Notes under the pieces: generated by a model | What the model was told of the DNA's origin: nothing | Databases searched by the model: none | The model's input: the letters and a program-made list of their open reading frames with translations, nothing else | Program-made: the position numbers and the translations under genes | In this document: in pieces, positions 11,655 to 25,422 of the stretch | Position numbering within the stretch: the first letter of the stretch is position 1 | How the letters are laid out: the number at the start of each line of letters is the position of its first letter | Assembly (NCBI GenBank): GCA_017654855.1 | Contig: CM030335.1 | Location: forward strand, 2,914,001-2,978,000 | DNA: 64,000 nt | Source: Podospora anserina | Lineage: Eukaryota | Reading direction: 5' to 3'

Positions 11655-14600
11655 ATGGCAGGCGGTGAGCTTACGGGCAACAGCACCGGAGCCCCTCCGC
11701 AAGCTGGTGTCCTCGAGGGCGTCAACCCGATTGTGTATACGCCTTCCAACCCCATCACTCTTTTCATCGTACAGGTATGTCGTTGACACCTCCGCCGTCC
11801 GACCTCACCAACTCCCAGGTCCAGAGCCGCGGGCCGTGTTTCGTTTCACGGCCCACGCGGTGACCGGGCCGTCGTGTTTCTCGGCTTGACTAACAATAGA
11901 CGCGTGCAACAACACACAGGCCATCATTGTCATCATCTTCTGTCAATTACTAGCTTGTAAGTTACCTAGTCATCTCACGAAGCTAGGTTATGCTGACTAA
12001 CCAACCGTTCAGATCCGCTACGATGGCTTCACCAACCTCGTGTTATCGCCGAGGTTCTCGGCGGCATTCTGTTGGGCCCCACGGTGATGATGAGGATACC
12101 CGGGTTTGAGGCCGGTATGTTTCCTAGAGTGAAGATGATGTGTTTGGTGTTACTGACCATATTCAACAGCAATCTTCCCGCCTGCGTCTATGCCAGTCTT
12201 CAACAATGTCGCCAACCTCGGTCTCATCATTTTCTTGTTTCTCGTTGCGTTGGAAGTAGACATCCGTCTCTTCACGCAAAATTGGAAGGCCGCCCTAAGT
12301 GTAGGCATGGCCGGCATGATCTTGCCCTTTGGCCTTGGCTTTGCCATTGCCTGGGGTCTGTACAAGGAGTTTCACGTCGACGAAGCTATTGGCTTTGGCG
12401 TCTTCGGATTGTTCATCGGTACAGCCCTTGCGATCACTGCCTTCCCCGTCCTCTGCCGCATTCTCTCCGAGCTGAACCTCCTCCGCTCGGGTGTCGGTGT
12501 CACCGTTCTGGCTGCCGGCATTGGAAATGACGTGACAGGCTGGGTGCTTCTCGCGCTCTGCGTCGCCTTGACCAACAACAGCAGTGGCTTGGCCGCGCTC
12601 TGGGCCTTGCTCTGCTGCATTGGCTGGACTCTGTTCCTCATCTTCGCCATCCGGCCACCCTTCATTTGGATCCTCAAGCGGACCGGAAGCTTGCATAATG
12701 GCCCTACCCAGGGAATGGTTGCGCTGACCTTGCTCATGGTTCTGGCCTCCTCTTGGTTTACTGGTGGGTTGGTATCATATCCCAAGGATCCCATACATAC
12801 GCTAACTGGACCAGGAATCATTGGTGTTCATCCCATTTTTGGAGCCTTCCTGGTGGGACTGATCTGTCCCCACGATGGCGGTTTCGCTATCAAGCTTACT
12901 GAGAAGATTGAGGATCTTATCTCGGTCCTCTTTCTGCCTTTGTACTTTGCCCTGTCTGGGCTGAAGACCAACCTAGGTCTTCTCAACGATGGTATCACAT
13001 GGGGTTACTGCATCGGGGTCATTGCCTGCGCCTTTGCTGGTAAGATCATTGGTGGCACCCTCGCAGCTCGCGCCAACAAGCTGCTCTGGCGTGAGAGTTT
13101 CACTATTGGCGCCCTGATGTCTTGCAAGGGTCTGGTCGAATTGATCGTGCTTGTGAGTGTCGCGTGACGATCTGGAACTTTTGGTAACGGGCATACTGAC
13201 AATATTGCAGAACATTGGTTACCAGGCAGGTATCCTGTCCGAAACCACCTTCAGCATGTTCGTTGTTATGGCTTTGGTCACAACCGTAGCCACGACCCCC
13301 ATGACAAAGCTGCTGTATCCCAAGTGGTACCAAACCAAGGTTGAGCGATGGAGAAAGGGTGAGATCGACTGGGACGGCAACGAGTTGAACCCCTCTGAGA
13401 GCCTGCAGGGCGGTCTCAAAAAGGGCGTCGACTCTCAGATCCGCCGTCTCATGGTTCATCTCCGTCTCGACAGTCTCCCCAGCCTCTTCACCTTCATCAC
13501 CATCCTCAGCCCCGAAAGCGTCACCAAGAAGCAGGTCGAGCCCGAAACCCCTGATGCCGAGTCCACCGAGGTCATCATCAAGAAACGCCCCCTGGAAGTC
13601 CACGGTATGCGCATTCTCGAGCTCACCGACCGTACCTCATCCGTCATGCACCTCACCGAAGGCGAAGACTTTTACTCTCTCCGCGACCCCGTGGTCAACG
13701 CCTTCCGCACCTTCTCCCAGCTCCACGACGTCGCCGTCTCGGGCCGCGTCGCCGTCGTCCCCGCCGACTCCTACGCCGAAACCCTCATGACCCAAGCCCA
13801 CGAAGTCTCCTCCGACTTCGCCCTGATCCCATGGGGCGAAAGCGGCTCCATGTCCGAAGACCAGTCCTTCCCCGTCACAGCCGACACCAACGAGCGCTTC
13901 AAATCCTTCACCCATCTCGACTTCATCAGCCAGACCCTCGAGAAAGCCTCCGCCATCTGCAACGCAGGCATCTTCATCGACAACGGCTTCGGCGGCATCA
14001 CCAAGCCCGTCGACCGCCCCGAGCTCCAACGCACCAAATCCGCCATCTCCATCCGCAACCAAGCCGACGTCGCCGTCCTCCCCGTCGCCAACAAGTCCCA
14101 CCACGTCTTCTTCCCCTTCTTCGGCGGCGCCGACGACCGCGTCGCGCTGCGCATCGTTCTTCAACTAGCCAAGAACCCCCACGTCTCGGCCACCATCGTC
14201 CGGATCAACAGCAGCGAAAAAGAAAAACTGTCCTCCACTGCCAAATCCGCTGCTGCGTCGACCACCACGACGGAAGACAACAGCGAGACCAACAAGACTG
14301 CTGTCTCTTCTTCTCCCGTCTCTGGAACTGACGTTGAGGATGGTGCGCTTTACGCCACGCTCAAGAGCTCTCTCCCGGAAGACCTCGCTACTAGAGTGAA
14401 TTTCTCTGAGGCGGATGTCCCCGCTGGGAAGGAGGAACTCAAGGAGATTATCCTGCTTGCTCAACAAGCGGTGGGCAACACGAGGGACAATGCCGGTGAT
14501 GTTGTCGTTTTGGGCCGACGCAATGCCAAGAAGGGGTTTGCTGAGGTCGGTGGGAGCAGCAGTAGCGCTGCTGGTGGCGGGGTGCCGGACCTGAAGACTA

Positions 14601-14689
14601 CCGTTGGGGAGGTAGCGGAGAGGTTGATCACCACGGGGATCAGGGCTAGTTTGTTGGTTATTCAGGCTGGGGGGCGAGGGCAGGCTTGA
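11655..14689 (+). CDS. KHA1: K+/H+ antiporter (CPA2 family), about 6 exons
   Basis: [69 protein letters not shown] and the C-terminal [11 protein letters not shown] motif. Confidence 0.93.
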
Positions 14690-15452
14690 TGAGTCTTGAT
14701 GATGGTGATGATGGTGATGATGATGATGATGGATATTGAGGTTAACGATTGTGTGATGGATGTTTGGGAATGATTAGATGTGTAAGGATGGATGGGATGA
14801 ATGGTTATAGGTCACGGGGTCATGCTCTCGGACACTACAACTGATGGTTAATATGGGAATAGGAGCGTGATACCCCCTCTTTCGTTTTTGGGATTATGTT
14901 AGGTATATAGGTCATGGTTTATGGGTAGCGATCTAGTTTGCATACATAACGAGTGGCTGTTTTGTATCCTCTGATTTGTTATAGCTGTTCCCGGAGCAGG
15001 TAATCGGGATGCTCCTCTCCTAAGCTTCCATGCAATCCTGCTTGCAGTGACTGATGAAGACCTAGTCAAATCGCCGACCATGCCACTTTTAAGATTCCGC
15101 CAACGACTTCACACACACGCCTGCTGAAACACACGAAAAGGAAAACACTTTCTCTTCTTTTTTATCTACCGCAAAGCACCTAACCTCTCCAAATGCCCGC
15201 AATGCGCCCCAGACCTTAAAATACCACAGAATTTGCATTTACATGATTTCAAAGACAACAGAAAGCAGCCTCCTCGTGGTGATGTGTGCTCTATGCCAAG
15301 AAGCCAGAGGGACTATCCAACCTTGCAGTGAAGCAAAAGCAAGAGAGAAAGGTGAGACAAAAGCCATATCGGAAACACAAGCGTAGCAATATACCACACC
15401 CTGGGGGAGTCGTCTCTCCAACTTTGTACAACACTCTTGTCCCCCCGCAAAC

Positions 15453-16241
15453 TTATTGCGTCCCATTCACCCCCCCCTTCACCAACTTCCCCTCCGTCTT
15501 CTCAAGATACTCAACCATATCCGCAATCGTCGCCACCCTCAACCCCCACCTCCTCGCAAAATCCACGCACGCCTGCCCCCTCATCATCCCCGGCTCCTCC
15601 CTCACCGCCCGTCCCTCAACCTCGATCCCATCCTCCACCAACTCGCTAATCACTCCCGCAGGCTTCTTCCCCGCCAACCTACACAAGTCGATAGCAGCCT
15701 CGGTATGCCCCCGTCGATCCCTCACACCCCCCTCCCTCGCCCTAAGCGGAAAAACATGTCCCGGCCTCCTGAACGTCTCGGGGGTGGAGGCAGGATCAGC
15801 AAGCTGCCTGCACACCAGCGCGCGGTCGTGGGCCGAGATGCCCGTCGTGACGGACGGGTCGGCCGAGTCGACCGAGATGGTGTAGGCGGTCGTGCGGAGG
15901 TCCTGGTTGTGGGTGACCATCTGGGGGAGGTCGAGGGACGAGCAGCGGTCGGGGAGGATGGGGGCGCAGATGAGCCCGCTGGAGTGCCGGATCATGAAGG
16001 CCATTTGTTGGGTCGTGATTGACTCGGCGGCGATGATGAGGTCGGCTTCGTTTTCGCGGGAGGGGTCGTCGAGGATGACGACGAATTCGCCGTTGCCTGG
16101 GGGGCGGGGGGCGGGGAGTTAGCATAGGGGGTTTGGGTAGGGGAGGGAAAGGGGGAGCATACGGAAGGCCTCGATTGTGTCGGGGATGGAGTCGAACTGT
16201 GAGGAGTCGATGTTGTCGACTGCGGTGGTGGTGGAGGGCAT
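15453..16241 (-). CDS. RIB3: 3,4-dihydroxy-2-butanone 4-phosphate synthase; one intron near 16097-16161
   Basis: FDSIPDTIEAF, DDPSRENEADLI, TGISAHDRA, RPGHVFPL and RRGHTEAAIDLCRLAG. Confidence 0.97.
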
Positions 16242-17202
16242 TGTTGGGGCTTTGTTATGTGCGCTTCCAACTGGAAGTCGCTACGGCACAAGAGTTGAAA
16301 GGGTATAAACGTTCAGATTATTTTGTTTGGTTTGCGGCGACAACGGTCAAGCAGGATGCGCGCACGCAATGATGGTGGTGCTGGGACCGAGTTAGCTGTC
16401 TGGCTGGCGCTCGGTAGGTCGTTCGGTTGCAGTGGGGGTTCAGTCGGCTCAATTGCGACTTGTGAGGGGTCCCCGAAAAATTATAAAGTTGGAGAGCGAC
16501 TTCGGGGCGAATGCACCAAGGGTCCTATTGTATAGCGGCGGCGACTTTCATTACTCGGCTTCCTTAGGAGGAGTCTGGATTGGGACGAGACCGTGGTATA
16601 TATGTATATACAGCTCGGTGATCACCTGCCAATTTATGACGGTGAACCCAGTCGCTCGGTACAAGTCACACGAGGACGTCTCTATTCGGCAGCGGGCAGC
16701 AGGGTTTCCCGATTGTGGGGTTACTTTCACCACTCTGGCGATGCCGAAGAGTTGGTCTGTTTGACGTGATCACTATTTGCTATGGCTTTTACAAATCTAC
16801 AAATTTAAGGGGAGGGATAGTGAGAGAGAGTGAATATGTCACCAATTACCAACTATCCAGGTCCCCTTACATAACATTGTCCCCTACAAGATGACGGTCG
16901 CTGACAAACAACCGCCATGCCATTGACCGCATTCCCACATGGAATTTCTCATCTGCCCCTCGCTGCGGGCGGCGGCTCGGCTTTCACAGGAACAGATTCC
17001 CCGCGGCTGATGGATGGACGGCTGCGGGGCACAAACGCCGAGCCAACGCTAGAATTGTTCTGGAACCCTGCAAGTCCTTGGCAGTAAGACCCATGTCGCT
17101 GGGAATCTGCATCTGACGTTGCGCGCGCGCGCAAGCCAATTCCAGCTCTTCTCTCAAAAACCTCAGCATCCCGCAAGGTGCCCGCCAGCCAACATCATCA
17201 CC

Positions 17203-18095
17203 ATGCGGTCCTCCCTCCTCCGCCCAGCCACTCCCCGGGCTCTTCTCCGAAGACCGTCACAACCACCCCGCCGTCTCCTCCCCCTCCTCGCCCACCCATC
17301 ACAACAACCAAACCCCCCACCATGTCGCCCCCACAGCACAACCACCACCTCCAGCGTCAACGAAACCGAAATCTCCCACTTCTCCTCCCTAGCCTCCTCC
17401 TGGTGGGACCCCCACGGCCCCTCCCGCCCCTCCACCTCATGAACCCCCACCGCCACGACTTTATCCGCTCCTGCCTCTCCTCCTCCCCAACCTCCCCCCC
17501 TTACTCCTCCCTAACCTACCTCGACATCGGTTGCGGAGGAGGCATCTTCGCCGAATCCGCCGCCCGCCTCCCCGCCACCCTCTCCATAACCGGAATCGAC
17601 GCCTCCCCCGTCATAATCTCCGTCGCCAAATCCCACGCCAGACGAGACCCCTCCCTCGCCCAAAAGCTAAGCTACCTCAACTCCCCAATCGAGTCCCTCG
17701 TCCTCCCCCCAGTCGACATCGTCACTTGTTTTGAAGTAATCGAGCACGTCGATTACCCCTCTCAGTTTTTGGGGGAACTGATAAAGTTTGTCAGGCCGGG
17801 CGGGTGGGTCGTCATGAGCACCATTGCGAGGACGTGGACGAGCTGGGTGACTACCAATCTTGTGGCGGAGGATATCTTGAAGATGGTGCCAAAGGGGACG
17901 CACGACTGGGGCAAATACCTTCATGAGTATGAGCTGCGGGAGTGGTTTAGCAAGGAAAACTCACGGGAAGGGAAAAAGGTTTGGGGAGACGCGAGGGTGA
18001 TGGGGGTGGTGTTTGTGCCGGGGTGTGGGTGGAAGGAGGTCAAGGGGAGTGAGAAGATTGGGAATTATTTCTTTGGTGTACAGAGGTTGGTTTAG
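17203..18095 (+). CDS. COQ3: Mitochondrial ubiquinone biosynthesis O-methyltransferase with an apparent 1-nt frameshift near 17428
   Basis: An Arg-rich presequence and EISHFSSLASSWWDPHGPSR lie in one frame. LHLMNP, LDIGCGGGIFAES, FEVIEHV and VPKGTHDW lie in another, with no intron between them. Confidence 0.9.
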
Positions 18096-18399
18096 GCCAG
18101 GGGGGGTTATCTCAGAATTGAGAGAGGGAAGTTGTGTATGATTATGACCTGGGCGGGACGGGGGTGGGTAAAAAGCAAGAAATGCCGCATCACTATTGTA
18201 GGGGGAAATAAAATGTTGAAAGCAGAGGCGCAAAATCAGATGATAGCACATGGTTGCGGGTTTCTGTTCTCCGCAGAGATGTCATTCTTAGACAGAAGAA
18301 AAAAGCAAATGATCATGTACCCTATCCAACACTGAACCCATTTTAAGTGACCCTCTAGTGCTATGAACAAACAACCAGAACAGCAACATCACCACCACC

Positions 18400-21211
18400 C
18401 TAAACAATAGGCTTCGACATGGGAGCAATAAGACCCTGCTTGACGATAACCCTCGGCTTGGTAGTGCTCTGGAACGTCTCCTTGGTCTGCCATTCCGGCC
18501 CAACAGGCAGACGCAACGAGCGCTCGTATTGCTGCTGAGACTCGAATGGGAATGGTAGCGAGGTAGCGAGGTAGGCATCGTTCTATCATGTCTGTTAGCA
18601 TCGTCGTCCCTTGGAATATTGAAAACCGAGCCAGCAAACATACCTTCTTCACCCTCCTCTCGCTAATAATTGCATCCTTCAGCTTGTAATCCTTTCTGCT
18701 CGTCTTCTTGACACCCTCCACCTTGGTCACGAACCGCCCCTTGTGCCGCCTCTGTTCGCGAGCACTGACACCCTCGCCCACCCAGCTGCCCCAGCCAGGA
18801 AGGGTGTTGTCGATTTCCTTGTCGTCGTCTTCGTCCATGATCTCGGCCTTTTCCCTGCGGAAGTCACCTACGACGTCCTCACCGGCGAAGGCGCGCTTGA
18901 TGAGCTCTTGATCGCGGATGGCCATGGGAAGGTGGATGGCGTCAGAGTCGTCAGTGTCATTGCCATCATCCGCCTCGGCAGTCTTGGACTTTGGCTTGGA
19001 TGACTTGGTAGCAAGCGCAACGGAGTTGGACAGATCGAGCTCCGCTGCCGGGGCCTTACCGGCCGCTTTCTTGCTCTTGCGACCCTCTTGCGGCACGCGA
19101 GACCAGGCTCCAGGCGCGCTGGGTGCTGATCCTACTGGTTCAGCTTCGACAGCCTTCTTCTGTTTCCGAGATGGTGCTTCGGTCATTTCCACGTCGTCCT
19201 TGAAGACGACTGGTTCAGAGGACTTCGCCGCCTTCTTCTTTGACTTGGGTGAGTTGGCCGGGAGCTTAGCATCCGCCCTGCCCATGCCATACTGGCGACG
19301 GCCAATATCCATCTCCTCGCCAGACTCCTCCGCCTCAGAGTCGAGTTCACGACGTATTTGTGCCACAAGATCATCGTTCTCTTTCCTCCGGATCTCCTCG
19401 CCTCTCTGCATAAATTTCATGCTCATCAGCCCAGACTTTGGTTCATCGTCATCGCTGTATTGAGCCGCCCGGTCGAGCTCAGACAACAGCTTCTGCTTCT
19501 TATCCTTCTCGTCGCCAGATCCCATTGAAACATCAGAGTCATCATCGGAGCCTTTGCGGCCCTCGACACGCCGCCTAAGCTCCTCTTTTCTCCGCGCCAT
19601 ATCCGTAAGACCAGCGCGGAAGTCCTCGTCCCAGACAGCACGACCAGCCTTCTTGCCCAGCTTGGCCCACTTGCTCTCTCTGTGCCTGGTACCCATGCGC
19701 TCCTCCGCACGTCTCCGGTCTTGCATTTCCCGCTCGGCCTCTGAGTCAATCTCACCAGCCTCGACAAGAGCATCGTAAGCGGCCTGCTCGTCCTTGAGAC
19801 CCTCCTTGCGGTGAATGCGGCGATAAGCCTTACTCTTGATTTTCTTGATGCGCTTCTGGCGGGCCATCTCGCGATCGTGCAATTCTCTCTCCCGACGCTT
19901 CTGCCGTGTGATCTCCTTTTGCTCGGCCTTTGACAGCCTCTCTGACTCATCAATGAGACCACCCTCGTTCTTCTTTTCCTTGGAAGCGCTAGGGCCGAGA
20001 CCGCTTTCCTCCATGATGCTCAAAATAGCGCTCTCAAGCTCCGTCCCAGATGTCTTCTGATTTACCGGCATGAGCTCTTCGCTAGCAAGGCCCTTATCAT
20101 GGGCATTCTGCGCAAGTGGAAAAATAAGGTGATCCGCTCGACGGTTCGACTTGACGGTATCAATCCAGCGATCAAGCGTCTTGTTTGTCTCGGAATAAGC
20201 CGCGCTTCGCAGATTGCGATCCTGCAATGTCTTCGCAAGAGGAACATCAAGCCTCGTCTTCTTCTCGCCCCTGTCCTCCTTGTTCATCAACTTGATCGAC
20301 TTCTTGATATGCTCGTCGTTGATCCCCGTCAACCCAAGATCGGCCAAACTGAGCTTTGCGTTCCCCGACCCCGGATTATCCTCCTCTTCTTCACTGTCCT
20401 CCCCGCCAAAAGCAGAAATCTTTCTCCTCAGCTCACTCAACCTCTCCTCATCCACCTCATCATCCTCACTACTCTCATCATCCCCATCCGTCGACTCGTC
20501 ATCCTCGTCCTCGTCCTCGTCCTCGTCCTCCTCCTCGTCCTCCTCCTCCCCACTATCACTCCCCTTCCCCCCCTCCCCACCCTCCTCCTCACTAGAAGAA
20601 TACTGATCCAACGCCGTCGCCAAATCAATCGCATCCGATCCCAAGCTCTCCAAATCACTATCCTCCTCCTCACTCTCCTCCCCCCTTTTCTTTTTCTTAT
20701 CCTTCCCTCCCTTCCCAAAACTATACCCCTCAAACCTCTCCTCATCACTCTCCCCAAACGCCTCGTCCGAATCCAACTCCGAGTCCTCATCCTGACTCCC
20801 CACACCCACATGCCACTCCTCACTGTCCTCACTCCCCGCGGCATCATCTGAAAACCCTTCAAACTCGTCCTTTTTGGCCTTTTTCCTTTGCGGCGGCGCT
20901 CCCTCCTCCTCCTCCTCCTCATCCTCGTCGTCAAAATCTTGGTCCTCGTCCTCCTCGTGAGCCCGCTTTTTGGAGGGCTTCTCCACCTTTTCCTCTAGAT
21001 CTCGGTAGCGCACGCCTTTTTGGCGGCGTTCTGGACCGAGGGATTCCTCGGCTAGGGCGAAGGCGTCGAGGGCTTTGGATTGGGATTTGGAGCGGGATTT
21101 GGGGAACGATGATGGTTTGTTGCTGCTGCTTGGTTGAGGTCTGCTGCCCTTGTTTTTACCGCTGCCACCTCCGGCGAGGACGGGGCGGCCGTGGGATTGG
21201 CGGCCTGGCAT
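18400..21211 (-). CDS. UTP14: U3 snoRNA-associated protein 14 (SSU processome); intron 18583-18643
   Basis: KRIKKIKSKAYRRI, AFAGEDVVGDF, TLPGWGSWVG and, after splicing, LPFPFESQQQYERSLRLPVGPEW. Confidence 0.95.
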
Positions 21212-21642
21212 GTTTTGTGGTCGTCGTGGTGCCGCTGTACTCTGGGGAAGCGATACTGAGGGAGGAATGGGTGTCGCGTGATCAAGAATTGCCCGTCGCG
21301 TGGGCGAGTCGTAAATTTGCTGTGACGGGTGTTGTAAAACGGCTGCGCAAACCACATCAACCAGCCCTGCTCTCTTTCTCTCCAGACACCCAAAGATTAT
21401 TTTCTGCCCACCTCCCAAAAACTCGAACTTTTGGGCGGTGAGAGCTTCTACCCCACAATTTCTGCGAGGTAAGAGCGTCCCACCAAAAGTCTTGGCATTT
21501 CCTTGCCGGCCGGGGGAAGCCCACCTCAGTGCCAAAATTATTTCCCACTGAGCTGCCCCACGCCGACGCCGACGCCGACGACGACGACGACGACGACGAC
21601 ATCACCACCTATCCAAGCAGTAAACCTCACCCAGCCGCCAAA

Positions 21643-22033
21643 ATGCAACCCACCCGCGCCCTCCTGGGCATGCGCTACCGCAAGCTCCGCCTCACAACCA
21701 AGGACGTCAACAAGGGCTTCTACAAGGGCACCGGCTCCGGCTCCATGGGCCGTCACACCTCCCGCGGCGGCTACATCATCGAGTGGAACAAGGTGCGGAC
21801 CTATGTCTGTCCCGATTTGACTGGGTTCAAGGTAACTCACTCGCTCTCCTACTACTTCTTTCCTCCTCCTCCGCCAAAATTAGATGAATAAATGCTGATG
21901 AAGATCTAATTAGCTCACCCCCTTTGTCACCAACGCCGTCAAGAGAACATACGGACAGTACGACACCAAGCTCGGGCCGAGGGACCCCCAGGAGTATCTC
22001 GCGAGGTGGAAGTCGGAGAACGGTCTTGATTAA
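21643..22033 (+). CDS. MRPL27: Mitochondrial large-subunit ribosomal protein mL41; intron 21832-21913
   Basis: LTTKDVNKGFYKGTGSGSMGRHT, KVRTYVCP and FKLTPFV across the intron. Confidence 0.95.
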
Positions 22034-22355
22034 ATGGTGTGGGAGAAGAAGAAGAAGAAGAAAAAGAAGAAGAAGAAGAGCTGGGATGGGAAGTGTTGTA
22101 CATATATGGCGTGGAATTTTTCGGACTGGCGTTCAGGGCGTTGTTTTATAACTGACTTCCAAGGAGCATCTATCCATCATGCTGCTGTATATCTATCTAC
22201 TGTACAAAACAAAATCACACCAAACTTATCAAAACTATATCAAGAATTTCGAAACTATCAATTACCATTAAAACTAAACCCTCTAACCAAACAATCTTTG
22301 CTAACACTAATCGAAAGGGTATCCAGCAAAACACAAACAAAAGAAAAATCCAGTC

Positions 22356-25300
22356 TCAGTACGATGCCCTAGGCACCTCATCAGCAGTCACAAACCGATC
22401 CAGCTCCGGCCTGCTCTGCCCAGGAGTAGCAGTATACATGCTCCCAGTCAGCACACTCGGCGTCGGCAACGGCGTAGCCTTATCCTCCCCCTCATCCTCT
22501 TCTGTCCACACCGTGCCGACCTCACTCTTGGACGCCTTCGGATCACTCACTCCCGGCTCATCCAACGTCGTCCACTCAGTCGCAACAGTAATATTCGACG
22601 CTCTTTCGGCTGCTCTCTTCGGAGTAGACATGGTGTCATCATCCGACACCCCCTGGACACTGATAGCCGGCGCCTCGAGCGGCGCAGTTCTCGAGGGTGC
22701 CAAACTGACGGAATCAGCTGTCGACAACCGGACGGAACTCTGTTCCATAGGCGAGGCAGGCGCAAGTGTGATCATGGAGGCCGTCTCCGCTTCTTTGCGC
22801 ATAGAGAATGGCATGGCCACCCCGCCGAGAAAGAGCCGTTTGCCAGTCACGCCTGTGCTGTTGTCCTCCGGAGACAAAAGACCAGAATTCCCTTCGTCAG
22901 TGTCTTGAGCATCGGCCTCAGTCCCCTTTGCATCATCATCATCACCCCCCCTTTCCTCCTCCGGCACCATCGGCCCAGCAGGCTTCAAACCCGCCTCCTT
23001 CTTCATCTCCTCTCCCCCCTTCTCCTCCCCCCCCTTCACCTCGGGCAACTTCTCATCCTCCTTCTCATCCCTCACCAGCTTCTTCCAACTCTTAATCTTG
23101 CTCCTCGCCGGACTCCCCCCAACCTTTCTGTTCTCCTTTTCCTGCTCAACCCCCTGCAACCTGATATCCTCCCACTCCCTCGCCCCCTCCCCCTCAGCCT
23201 TATTCCCCGCCTTGTACTCCCTCCCCACCGACTTCCCAAGCCCGCCCTCCGCCAACGCCATATTTCCCCTTGTCCTCTCGTCATGCTTGCTCCCCCAGCT
23301 CCCCCAAAGACTAAGTCCATAACTCCTCCCCTTCCCCTTCTTCTTCCTCTCCACCGCACCCCCATCATCAATCTTCCTCCTCCCCGCCAGCGCCGTCGGG
23401 GGCGGCACCTCCCCCTCCCCAAACACCTCATACCCCACCTTCATGTCCTTGATCCGCTGCTTATGCACACGCGCCTTTGTCTTTGCAAATTTCACATCCC
23501 ACCTCTTTTTGTGCTCGTACCACTTCCTGACAGTGCCTACTTTGACTACCCCAACCAGATCCCGGGACATGGTGCACCCTGGCAGAGCGGAGGGTGGGTC
23601 AAGGGGGAAGATGTCCCCGTGGCGGGTGACGCGGTGGCGGATCATGTTGTTTTTGAACGGGGGCAAGGGGGAGGAGGCGGTGCCGATGGAGAGGGGGCTT
23701 GTCGGGGTAGGGGTATTCTTCTCCTGGTCCGTCGTTTTTTGCTCAGTGGTTTCGGTCTTCTTGAGGGGAAACATTAGTGGATCTGATAGGAATAGGAAGA
23801 TGGGAAAGCACTTACCACCTCGGGCTTTGTCTTATCCTCCTCACCATCACTCGAAGAACTATCATTCGAAATGACAGAGATGACATCATCATCCAAAATC
23901 GCAATCTCGGTCCCTTGTGCCCTCGCCAGCGCCCAGGCCGAGAACTGGGCCACGCTGCGGTACATGTATTTTGCCGGCCTGGTGAAGCTCAGTGTAGGGC
24001 CGACGTGGCACATGTCGTCCCAGACTTGGAGGTACACGTCGGTGGGCTTGTATCTTTCCACCTGGGCTCTGGCGTGGTCGTCCATCAGGGCTTCTGGTGG
24101 GAGGTACTGCGAGGGGTTGGCGCACTTGTGGGCGAGGTAGATTTGCTCGTCGCGGAGGACTTCACCGCCGCCGACCATGATGAGGAGAGGCGGTAGGCCG
24201 CCGAGAGTGGGTTGCATGATCGGGCTGACCAGAGGGTGGGCTAGGAGGTCGTTGGTGGTGTAGATCTGGTGTCATGGTTAGTGTGTTGTTTAGATATTCA
24301 AGAGGTTGAGAAACATACCTGAATCTGCTCCCTGACCGTGATCTGCTCCCCGTCGATATCAAACATCAGCTTATGCGTAGTCTCCTTGACATCCTTCTGA
24401 CTAGGAACATGAGCCTCATCCGACCCGCCCTCCTTCCCGTCCATCTCCTTCTCCTCGGCGATCTCCTGCTTCTGCTGCATGGCAACCTTCTTGAGCTCGT
24501 TCAGCTCATCCTCATCCGGCGGAGGCCACGCAGGCGATGGCTTGTGGTGGAAACCGGAAGGTGGAATATAATCCATCGGACAATCACCCGCAACACTCGG
24601 AAAGGAGTGCGTCAAATCAGCCCAGGGACTGATCAGAACCGCGCCTGCTGGCAGAGGCAGCCCCCCATCTCTGAGGATAACCATCACCGACAAAATCATA
24701 CCCGCGCCAGCCGAGTCGCCCGCGAGAATAATAGTGCTGGACTCCTGCTGCGTCAAAAGATAGAGATACGTCGCCAAACAGTCCTGCAGACCGCAAGGAA
24801 AAGGATACTGCGGCGCAAGTCTGTACCGCGGCGCGAGAGCCCTCGCCTTTAATTTTCGCGCATGTCGTTGAATCTGATACCGATGCTCGTCCACACTGCC
24901 AAAATAATACGCTCCCCCATGAACATAAAGCATGACGCGGTTTCCTGGGTCATTTGCCTTCAACCGCTCCTGGTAATCAGCCTTCATCTCGATCCACTCC
25001 GCCCTGAGCGCATGCTTCTCCTTGCGCCACTGCCACCATTGCTTTCCGCCTACTTGACGAAGACCTTCCGGGCCGAGTTGTTCAGCCAGCAGATCGGCCG
25101 ACCTCGAGAGATCGCGCTCTGGAATATCGACCACGTCGACTTTGACCCATTGAGGGTGAGGGACCCATTGGCTGGTGAAGGCTTGGAGATCCTCGACTGT
25201 GTGACGCGAGGCATACTGAAGAAACGAGCGAATAAGATGAAGGCCCTCGTCATACGACAGGTGAGCCGTGGGCTTTTTGGCCCGTGGTTTCCGACTGAGG

Positions 25301-25422
25301 TACTTTTGTGAAGTCAGCTAGCTGTTGGTCCTTTTTATCTCCTGAACGGGATCACTTACATGCGATAAAAGAGTGGATATGACCGTTGGCGTAACCGCCA
25401 AACCCACTGTCGCAGTGTTCAT
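22356..25422 (-). CDS. GDXG/hormone-sensitive-lipase family alpha/beta hydrolase with a long charged C-terminal tail; multiple introns
   Basis: YVHGGAYYFGS, YRLAPQYPFPCGLQD, AGDSAG, GGGEVLRDE and WDDMCHV. The N-terminal exon MNTATVGLAVTP splices to YLSRKP...HLSYDEG. Confidence 0.9.

Noticed and set aside
16560-16780. Segment bounded by two GTGATCAC palindromes after a TATA-like run; possible structured ncRNA
   Set aside because: No snRNA, RNase P/MRP, SRP, tRNA or C/D signature recognised; cannot be supported without a covariance search.
21212-21535. N-terminal extension of UTP14 in the ORF track
   Set aside because: It starts at a non-ATG codon and runs through the shared promoter; ATG 21211 is the plausible start.
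22045-22080. (AAG)n poly-Lys ORF
   Set aside because: Microsatellite in the MRPL27 3' UTR.
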